A stretch of DNA of 64,000 nt. It comes from Rhodospirillales bacterium. Its GTDB lineage: Bacteria > Pseudomonadota > Alphaproteobacteria > Reyranellales > Reyranellaceae. Position 1 is the first letter of the stretch, and each line of letters begins with the position of its first letter. Below, piece after piece: positions 8,272-17,500 of this stretch. Location: the NCBI GenBank assembly GCA_947469635.1, contig CANIRG010000001.1, positions 2,824 through 66,823 on the forward strand, written 5' to 3'. The notes under the pieces were generated by a model. It was not told the origin of the DNA. It saw nothing but the letters and a program-made list of their open reading frames with translations, and made no database searches. A program made the position numbers and the translations under genes.

Positions 8272-9648
8272 ATGACCCGCGATTCGATCCCGAGGCCGAT
8301 TTCTCGCCGCCGCGCGCTGCAGGGCGCCGCTGCCACTACTGCAGCATGGGTCGGCGGCCTCGCCGCGCCGATGCTCAACACCGTCACCGCCTATTCGCAG
8401 AGCGGCGCCTTCAACTGGCAGCGCTTCAAGGGCCAGACGGTCGAAGTGCTCATGGAGACCGGCCCGCGCGCCGATCTCATGAAGAAATACCAGAAGGAAT
8501 TTCTCGACCAGACCGGCATCAAGCTCGGTATCGAGGTCATTCCCGAGCAGCAGGCGCGCCAGAAAGTGGCGATCGAGCTGAACTCCGGCAAACCCAGCTT
8601 CGACGTCTTCAACTTCGCCTTCCACGTTCAGAAGCGCCAGTTCGAGAAGGCTGGGTGGCTGCAGGACCTTTCGCCCTGGCTCAAGGACTCGCAGATGATG
8701 CCGGCCGAGTACGAGCTGGGTGACGTGTCGAAGATGGGCATGGGCTTCGCCACCACGTCGGACGGCCAGATCAACGCGCTGCCGATCCTCTGCGACTACT
8801 TCATGGTCTATTACAACAAGGAGCTGTTCGCCAAGAAGGGCGTGGCCTTCCCCAAGACCATGGACGAGATGATGGCGGCGGCCGCCAAGCTGCACGATCC
8901 GGCCAACGGCATCGCGGGCTTCGTCGGCCGTGGCGTGCGTAACGCCAACGTCGTGCTGTGGACGCAGCTGCTCTCCGGCTGGGGCCAGGAAACCATCTCC
9001 AGGACCAAGCCGCTGACGTTGCTCACTGACACGCCCGACGCCATCGCCGCGGCCGAGTACTACAAGAAGATGTTGGCCTCCTATGGCCCCCAGGGCGTCA
9101 CCGGCTTCAACTGGAACGAGGCGCAGGGCCTGTTCATGCAGGGCAAGGCCGCGATGTGGGTCGACGCCACCGGTTTCGCCGCCCCGGTCGAGGACAAGAC
9201 CAAGAGCCGCGTCGTCGGCAAGGTCGGCTACGGCCTGCCGCCGTCGGGCCCCAAGGGCCATGGCTCGGTCACCTTCGGCACCGGCATGGCCGTTCCCAAG
9301 GCGGCCGCCCACAAGGAAGCGGGCTACTTCACGATGCTGTGGATGACGGGCCGCGCCATGGCCGGCCGCATGATGCAGGTCGGCGGCGGCATCCCGTTCC
9401 GCACCGCGCCGCTCAAGGATCCGGCGATCCTGTCGACCCTGACCGTTCCCAAGGAATGGGCGGACTGCGCCGCCGGCTGCGCGCCGCTCAGCATGTCGGG
9501 CCTGCCGGTGATCGTGCCGGTGACCGAATTCCGCGACGTCATCGGCACCGCGCTCACCAATCTGCTAGGCGGTGCGGATGCCGCGACCGAGATGAAGCGC
9601 GCCACGGCCGAGTTCAAGCCGGTCCTCGACAAGAGCGAGGCGGCCTAG
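8272..9648 (+). CDS. Carbohydrate ABC transporter substrate-binding protein (CUT1), Tat signal
   Basis: SRRRAL leader, YYNKELFAKKGV.PKT.DEM, FMQGKAAMW. RBS AGAGGA. Confidence 0.9.
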   Translation: MTRDSIPRPISRRRALQGAAATTAAWVGGLAAPMLNTVTAYSQSGAFNWQRFKGQTVEVLMETGPRADLMKKYQKEFLDQTGIKLGIEVIPEQQARQKVAIELNSGKPSFDVFNFAFHVQKRQFEKAGWLQDLSPWLKDSQMMPAEYELGDVSKMGMGFATTSDGQINALPILCDYFMVYYNKELFAKKGVAFPKTMDEMMAAAAKLHDPANGIAGFVGRGVRNANVVLWTQLLSGWGQETISRTKPLTLLTDTPDAIAAAEYYKKMLASYGPQGVTGFNWNEAQGLFMQGKAAMWVDATGFAAPVEDKTKSRVVGKVGYGLPPSGPKGHGSVTFGTGMAVPKAAAHKEAGYFTMLWMTGRAMAGRMMQVGGGIPFRTAPLKDPAILSTLTVPKEWADCAAGCAPLSMSGLPVIVPVTEFRDVIGTALTNLLGGADAATEMKRATAEFKPVLDKSEAA

Positions 9649-9682
9649 CAGCGCAAGCACACGGACGGAACGGGCGTAGCGT

Positions 9683-10591
9683 ATGGCGGGCGCGGATGTA
9701 GCGATTGCAGCAGGGACGCGGGCGGCGGGAGAACGCCGTCTGCGTCCCTACCTTCTTTTCATCTGGCCGGCGCTGATCGTGAGCTCGGCGGTGATCGTCT
9801 TCCCGTGGATCTTCACCATCTGGATGAGCCTTCACGACTGGCACATCGGCAGCAAGCAGACCTTCGTCGGGCTCGACAACTACATCGCGCTGGCCACCAA
9901 CCGGCGGTTCCTCGAGTCGATCGGCCACACGATCTATTTCACCATCCTGGCCGTCGTCCTGCCGATGGTGCTGGGGACGGTGTCGGCGCTGGTGTTCCAC
10001 AAGAAGTTCCGCGGCCGCGGCTTCTTCCGCACCATCTTCATCATGCCGATGATGGCCACGCCCGTGGCGGTGTCGCTGATCTGGACGATGATGTTCCATC
10101 CCCAGCTCGGCGTGCTGAACTACCTGCTGAGCACCGTCGGCCTGCCGCCCTCGGAATGGGTCTATTCGCCGAACACGGTGATCCCCAGCCTGATCCTGGT
10201 CGAGATCTGGCTGTGGACGCCGTTCGTCATGATCATCGTGCTGGGCGGCCTCGCCTCTCTGCCGACCGAGCCCTATGAGGCGGCCCTTATCGACGGTGCC
10301 AGCCAGTGGCAGATGTTCTGGAACATCACCTATCCCCTGGTCCTGCCGTTCCTCGTCGTCGCGCTGATCATGCGCACCATCGACGCGCTCAAGGTGTTCG
10401 AGACCATATGGGCGATCTGCAACGGCGGGCCGGGGACCTCGTCGGAGGTGCTGAACGTCTATCTCTATGCCCAGGCCTTCGCCTACAACCAGGTCGGCAC
10501 CGCGTCGGCCGTCGTCGTGGTGTTCTTCGCCATCATCGTGGCGCTGTCGCTGATCCTGCTGTGGGCGCGCCAGAAGGCGAAATGGGCATGA
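9683..10591 (+). CDS. Carbohydrate ABC transporter permease
   Basis: FVGLDNY, EAALIDGA (EAA loop), GGPG motif, multiple TM segments. Confidence 0.92.
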   Translation: MAGADVAIAAGTRAAGERRLRPYLLFIWPALIVSSAVIVFPWIFTIWMSLHDWHIGSKQTFVGLDNYIALATNRRFLESIGHTIYFTILAVVLPMVLGTVSALVFHKKFRGRGFFRTIFIMPMMATPVAVSLIWTMMFHPQLGVLNYLLSTVGLPPSEWVYSPNTVIPSLILVEIWLWTPFVMIIVLGGLASLPTEPYEAALIDGASQWQMFWNITYPLVLPFLVVALIMRTIDALKVFETIWAICNGGPGTSSEVLNVYLYAQAFAYNQVGTASAVVVVFFAIIVALSLILLWARQKAKWA

Positions 10592-11424
10592 ACCTCCGCA
10601 CCAAGCGCAAGATACGCCGCCTCGTCGACAAGGTGGCGCTCGCCCTGTCGGTTGCCGTGCTGCTGGCGCCGTGCCTGTTCGTCTTCTTCTGGATGGTCTC
10701 GCTGTCGGTGAAATACGACATCGACAACACCGCCTGGCCGCCGGTCTTCTGGCCCGAGCAGGTGACCTTCGACAATTTCGCCAAGGTCTTCGACGAAAGC
10801 CCGATGCTCCTCTACTTCTGGAACTCGGTGCAGGTGACGGGCTCGGCCACGCTGGTGGCGCTGCTGCTCGGCGTGCCGGCGGCCTACGGCATCGCCAAGG
10901 CGCGCGCGCACAAGATGGCGGCCGTCCTGCTGCTCAGCCGCATGACGCCGGGCCTCTCCTACCTGATCCCGCTCTTCACCCTGTTCCAGGTGCTGGGCCT
11001 GATCGGCACGGTATGGCCGATCGCGCTCACCCACATGGTGATCACGCTGCCCATCGTGGTCTGGATCATGATCGGCTTCTTCGAGACCCAGCCGCACGAG
11101 CTCGAGGAGGCCGCCCGCATCGACGGCGCCACCCTGTGGCAGGCCTTCCGCTACGTCGCCCTGCCGCTCAGCCGGCCCGGCATCGTGGTCGGCGCGATCC
11201 TGGCCTTCATCTCGTCGTGGAACAATTTCATCTTCGGCGCGGTCTTCGCCGGACGCACCACCCGCACCATGCCGGTTGCGGTCTACAACATGCTGACCTT
11301 CGAGAGCTTCGCCTGGGGGCCGCTGGCGGCCGCCGCGATCGTGGTCATGCTGCCGGTGATCCTGCTCACCATCGTCATCCAGCGCGAGATCGTGCAGGGC
11401 CTCTCGGCGGGCGGCGTCAAGTAG
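10588..11424 (+). CDS. Carbohydrate ABC transporter permease
   Basis: EEAARIDGA EAA loop, WNNFIFG, QREIVQGLSAGGVK end. ATG 10588 overlaps the upstream stop. Confidence 0.92.
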   Translation: MNLRTKRKIRRLVDKVALALSVAVLLAPCLFVFFWMVSLSVKYDIDNTAWPPVFWPEQVTFDNFAKVFDESPMLLYFWNSVQVTGSATLVALLLGVPAAYGIAKARAHKMAAVLLLSRMTPGLSYLIPLFTLFQVLGLIGTVWPIALTHMVITLPIVVWIMIGFFETQPHELEEAARIDGATLWQAFRYVALPLSRPGIVVGAILAFISSWNNFIFGAVFAGRTTRTMPVAVYNMLTFESFAWGPLAAAAIVVMLPVILLTIVIQREIVQGLSAGGVK

Positions 11425-11433
11425 GGCGATTCG

Positions 11434-11476
11434 TCCGCGCCGGCCGCTTGCTGTAGAAGGGGCAAGCGCGCGCGGA
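11434..11476. terminator. GC-rich stem-loop after the sugar ABC operon (possible terminator or mRNA stabiliser)
   Basis: TCCGCGC..CGCTTGC pairs with GCAAGCG..GCGCGGA. No U-tract, so function is uncertain. Confidence 0.3.
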
Positions 11477-11501
11477 GCAACCTCGGCGTTGCTTGCGCGT
11501 T

Positions 11502-14500
11502 ATGCCGGAAAGGCCGAAATCATTGAAATCGTTCGTGCAGCGCGTCCTCGGGCGCGCGCGACCTGCTGCCGTTGGAAATGAGGAAGAGCCGATCCGCAGC
11601 GAGCTGTTCAGCGTCGAACGGCTGGAGCAGCACGCGGAAAGCCTGGCCGCCAACCAGCCGGTGCATACGACGAGGACATCCGGCAAGCCGCTCGTTGCCC
11701 GCCTGCGCGACAACGAACGCGTTTTGCTCGACGCCTATGGCAGCATCGCCAAGGCTGCCGGTGAAGGCCGCCCGATAACGCCCGCCGCGGAATGGCTGCT
11801 CGACAACTATCATCTGGTCGAGGAGCAGGTCCGCGAGGTCCGCACCGATCTGCCGCCGGGCTATTATCGCCAATTGCCCAAGATGAGCGGCGGGCCGCTC
11901 GCGGGATATCCGCGGGTGTTTGGCCTGGCGTGGGCCTACGTCGCCCACACCGACAGCCGCTTCGATCCGGAAACGCTCCAGCGCTTCGTGCGGGCCTACC
12001 AGAACGTGCAGCCGCTCAGCATCGGCGAGCTGTGGGCCGTGGCGATCTCGCTGCGCATCGTCCTGGTGGAGAACCTTCGACGGTCGGCCAAGCGCATCAT
12101 CAGCCGGCGATCGGCGCGCCAGGAAGCCGACAGCGTCGCCGACAGGCTGCTGGGTGTGAACGATCTCGCGGCGGACCCGACGGCGCTGGCGCCCTACGAG
12201 CAGGCGCCGCTGTCCGAAGGCTTCATCGTGCAGCTCGTCCAGCGCCTCAGGGACCAGGATCCCGCGGTGACGCCGGCCGTGGGCTGGCTCGAGGAGCGGC
12301 TGGCCCGGCAGGGAACCAATGCCGACGAGCTCGTGCGTGAGGAGCACCAGCTCCTGGGTGCGACGAACGTCACGGTGCGCAACATCATCACCAGCATGCG
12401 CCTGATCTCCGACGTCGATTGGACGAAGTTCTTCGAGTCGGTGAGCCCGGTCGACGACATGCTGCGTGCGGCGAGTCCCTTCGCCGACATGGATTTCGCG
12501 ACCCGCAACCTCTACCGCACCGCCATCGAGCAGATCGCGCGCGGCACCGACCTTGCCGAGCTGGAGGTCGTGGCGCGTGCGTTGGCGGCCGCAGCATCGA
12601 TGCCCGACGCGGTGGACGGCGACCAGAGGCACCGCGACCCCGGCTATCACCTGATCGGCGGCGGCCGTCGCGCCTTCGAGCAGTCGGTCGGCTTTCGGGC
12701 CTCGGGCCTCGGCTTCCGCCGCCGCTTCGCGCGGATCGGGATCGCCGGCTATGTGAGCTTTGTGGCGATGGTCGCCAGTGTCGTGCTGTTCCTGCCCGTC
12801 CTGATCCTGGCGAAGATGGGCGTGGGCGGCTGGTCGCTTGCTGCGGTAACTGCCGCCGGCCTGCTGCCGGCCATCGATGCGGCGCTGATGCTGGTAAATC
12901 GTGGCATCACCGGCAGCTTTGGTGCGACGTTGCTGCCGAGCCTGGCGTTGCGCGACGGCGTGCCGCCATCCTTGCGCACGATGGTCGCGATCCCGACCCT
13001 GCTGACCAGCCGCAGTGGCATCGACGAACAGGTCGAGCGGCTGGAAGTCCATTTCCTCTCCAACCCCGTCGGCGCGATCCATTTCGCGCTGTTGTCGGAT
13101 TGGACGGATGCGCGGACTGAATCCACGGCCGAGGATGAAGGGCTGCTGGCTGTCGCAACCGACGGCATCGCCCGCCTCAACGCCCGTTACCCCGGCGCGG
13201 CCGGCGTCGATCGGTTCTTCCTGCTTCATCGGCGGCGCGGCTGGAACGAGGCGCAGGGAAGGTGGATCGGCTGGGAACGCAAGCGCGGCAAGCTGCATGA
13301 GCTGAACCGCCTGCTGCGCGGCTCGACCGAGACGACATTTCTCGAAGCAGCGGGGCGTTCGCTGCCGAGCGATGTCCGCTACGTCGTCACGCTCGATTCG
13401 GACACGCGCTTGCCGCGGGACGCCATCCAGCGGCTCGTGGGCAAGATGGCGCATCCTCTCAACCGGCCACGTCTCGATCTGGCGGAAGGTCGCGTCGTCG
13501 AGGGCTACGGCGTGCTGCAGCCGCGCGTCACGCCCTCCTTGCCTGTCGGAGCGGAGGGCTCGCGCTTCCAGCGCGTCTTCTCCAGCCACAGCGGCATCGA
13601 TCCCTACGCGTCGGCTGTCTCCGACGTCTATCAGGACCTGTTCGGTGAGGGCTCCTACTCCGGCAAGGGCATTTACGACATCGATGCCTTCGAGACGGCG
13701 CTCCATGGGCGTGTGCCCGACAGCACCATGCTGAGCCACGATCTCTTCGAGGGCGTGTTCGCCCGCTCGGGCCTGGTGTCCGACATCGAGGTCGTCGAGG
13801 AGTTTCCCGCGCGCTACGACGTGGCCGCGGCGCGCCAGCATCGTTGGGCGCGCGGCGACTGGCAGCTTCTGCCCTGGATGCTTGGCTTGGTGAAGGGCAC
13901 GGGACGGCACAAGCGCGCGGGTTTCGTGCCGGCGATCGGCTTCTGGAAGATGTTCGACAATCTCCGCCGCTCGCTGTCGCCGGCGGCGGCGATCGTGGCC
14001 CTGCTGGCGGGCTGGACATTGCCATTGCCCGCAGCGCTTCTCTGGACCGGCTTCGTCCTGCTGGTTATCGCGTTGCCCACGATGCTGCCGGTCGCGGCGG
14101 CCGTCCTGCCGCGACATGCCGGCGTGACGGCGCGCAGCCATCTCGGGGCGCTGGGCACGGACATGGTGTCCGCTCTTTCGCAGACGGCGCTTCTCGTCGC
14201 CTTCCTCGCCCATCATGCCTGGCTGATGACGGACGCCATCGCCCGTACGCTGTTCCGGCTGGTCAGCCAGCGTCGGCTGCTCGAATGGATCACCGCGGCC
14301 CAGACCAAGCATCGCAAGCGCACCGGCTGGATCGGTCTCTACGGCCAGATGGCGGGAAGCGTCGTCATCGCCGCGCTGGCGGCACTCTTCGTATGGCGTG
14401 CTGGTTTTGCGGCGATGCCGGTCGCTGCCCCATTCATCGTCGCCTGGCTGGTCGCGCCGGCGATCGCGCGCTGGGTGAGCGAGCCGTCTACGGATGCCGG

Positions 14501-17500
14501 CAGCCTTGCGGTCACAGCCGCGGACGCATCTGCGTTGCGCCTCATCGCGCGGCGGACGTGGCGCTTCTTCGAAACCTTCGTCACCGACGCGGACCACATG
14601 CTGCCGCCGGACAATTTCCAGGAGACTCCCAAGCCCGTCCTCGCCCATCGCACCTCGCCGACCAACCTCGGCCTGCTGCTCCTGTCCACGGTCGCCGCAC
14701 GAGATTTCGGCTGGATCGGCATGGGGGAGACCGTCGAACGTCTCCAGGCGACACTGGCGGCGATGGAACGCCTCAGGCGTTTCCGTGGGCACTTCTTCAA
14801 TTGGTACGATACGTCCGACCTCCGGCCGCTCGAGCCGATCTACATCTCCTCCGTCGACAGCGGCAATCTCGCCGGCCATCTGATCGCACTGGCCAATGCC
14901 TGCTCTGCATGGCGGGGCACGCTTACTGATGCAGCCGGCATCGCCTCCCGCCTCGCGTCGGGGATCGCCGATAGCCTGGCGCTCGCTCGCGAGGCGCTGC
15001 TCGCCTTGCCGGACGACAGACGCACGCACCTCGTTTCCTCCGCCGAGCTCGGCCGCGCCCTGGACGATCTGGCCGCAACTCCGCCGGGTCGGCCGGAAGC
15101 CCTTGCACAGCTGGCCGCGAGCGCCGTGGACCTTGCCCACACGCTTGCCAGCGAACGGGGCGATGCCGCCAGCGTCGACATGCTGTTCTGGGTCGAGGCC
15201 GTCCACCGCTGTGTCGAGAGCCACCGTCGCGACATCGCCCAGACGGAGGCGTCGATCGCCGCGCTGGAACGCCGGCTGCAGGCGATCGAGACGACATCGC
15301 GCAGCATGGCGAATGCGATGGAGTTCGATTTCCTTCTCGATGACGATCGTCGGCTCCTGTCGATCGGCTATCTCGTCGCGGAGGATCGCGCCGATCCTTA
15401 TTGCTACGATCTGCTGGCCTCGGAAGCCCGGCTCGCGAGCTTCGTGGCTATCGCCAAGGGCGACGTTCCGGCACGGCACTGGTTCCGCCTGGGGCGCGGC
15501 GTGACTCCGGTACGCCATGGGGCGGCGTTGGTGTCTTGGTCGGGCTCGATGTTCGAGTATCTGATGCCGTCCCTCGTGATGCGCGCGCCGTTCGGCAGCC
15601 TGATCGAGAAGACCAACGAGCTGATCGTGCGGCGCCAGATCGACTATGCGAAGGGCCTTGGCCTGCCGTGGGGGATTTCGGAGTCGGCCTTCAACGCCCG
15701 CGACAAGGAGCTCACCTACCAATACTCGAATTTCGGCGTGCCGGGCCTGGGCTTCAAGCGCGGCCTGGGCGAGAACGCCGTCATCGCGCCCTATGCGACG
15801 GCGCTCGCCGCCATGGTCGACCCCGCTGCGGCCATCGCCAATTTCGATGCGTTGGCCAAGATCGGCGGGCGTGGCCGTTACGGCTTCTACGAGGCGATCG
15901 ACTTCACGCCGGTACGACTGCCGGACGGGCAGTCGAGGGCGGTCGTGCATGCCTTCATGGCCCACCATCAGGGGATGTCGGTGGTGGCCATCGCCAATGC
16001 ACTGCTCGACGGCATCATGCGCAAGCGTTTCCACGCCGAGCCGATGGTGCAGGCGACCGAGCTGTTGCTGCAGGAACGGACGCCGCGCGATGTCGCCGTG
16101 GCCCGTCCGCGGGCGGCGGAGATTGGTGCAGGCGTCCCGGCCGACGATCTGGAACCCGCCGTCGTCCGCCGCCTGCGCAACCCCAATGCCGCGAGCCCTT
16201 CGGTCCATCTCCTGTCCAACGGCCGCTATTCGGTGATGCTGACCGCCGCCGGGTCGGGCTACAGCCGTTGGGGCGACCGCGCGGTCACGCGCTGGCACGA
16301 GGACACGACGCGCGACGATTGGGGCAGCTACGTCTTCCTGCGCGACGTCGAGAGCCGTGAGGTCTGGTCGGCGTCCTGGCAGCCGTGCATCGCGCGACCC
16401 GACAGCTACGATGTCATGTTCGCCGAGGATCGCGCGGAGTTCGTGCGGCGCGACGGCAGCCTTACCACCACGCTCGACGTCGTGGTGTCGCCGGAAGACG
16501 ATGCCGAGGTCCGACGCGTGTCGATCATCAATACGGGAGCGCAGGCACGCGACATCGAGCTCACCTCCTATGCCGAGATGGTTCTGGCGCTGCCGGCCGC
16601 CGATGCCGCGCACCAGGCCTTCTCCAAGCTCTTCGTCCAGACCGAGTACCTGCCGGCGGAGGGAGCCATCCTGGCGACGCGCCGCCGCCGCGGCGCCGAC
16701 GAGCCGGAAATCTGGGCCGCCCACCTTGCGGTCGTGGAAGGCGAGATGATCGGCGAGATCGAGGTGGAAACCGATCGCGCCCGCTTCCTGGGTCGAGGCA
16801 ACGACATCGGAAATGCCGTCGCGGTGTGCGACGGCCGGCGCCTGTCCAACACCGTGGGAGCCGTTCTCGATCCGGTCTTCGCGCTGCGCCGACGCTTGCG
16901 GATTCCCGCGGGGGGCACCGCTCGGATCGCTTTCTGGACCTTGGTCGCGTCTTCGCGCCAGGCGATCCTCGACGCCATCGACAGGCATCAGGATACCAAT
17001 GCCTTCGAGCGGGCAACCACGCTCGCCTGGACGCAGGCGCAGGTGCAGCTGCGCCATCTCGACGTCACTCCGGCGCAGGCGAGCCTCTATCAGCGGCTGG
17101 CGGGACATGTGCTCTATGCCAATCCGGCGCTGCGCTCTTCGTCCGACGCCATCCGGCGCGGCATGGCGCCGGCACCGGCGCTCTGGGCGCAGAGCATCTC
17201 CGGCGACGTACCCATCGTGCTGGTGCGGGTCGATGAGCTGGAGGATTCGGGCGTCGTTCGCGAGGCCCTGCGCGCCCACGAATATTGGCGGTTGAAGGGC
17301 CTGGCCGTAGACCTCGTCATCCTGAATGAGCGCGGCGCCTCCTACGTGCAGGACCTGCAGGTCGCGCTCGAGACGCTGATCCGCACCGGCAGCTCGCGGA
17401 CGGCCTTCGGTGCCGAAAGCGGTCCTGGCGGCATCTTCGTCCTGCGCACCGACCTGATCCCCGCCGAAACCCGCGCCCTGTTGCTGGCGCGGGCGCGAAT

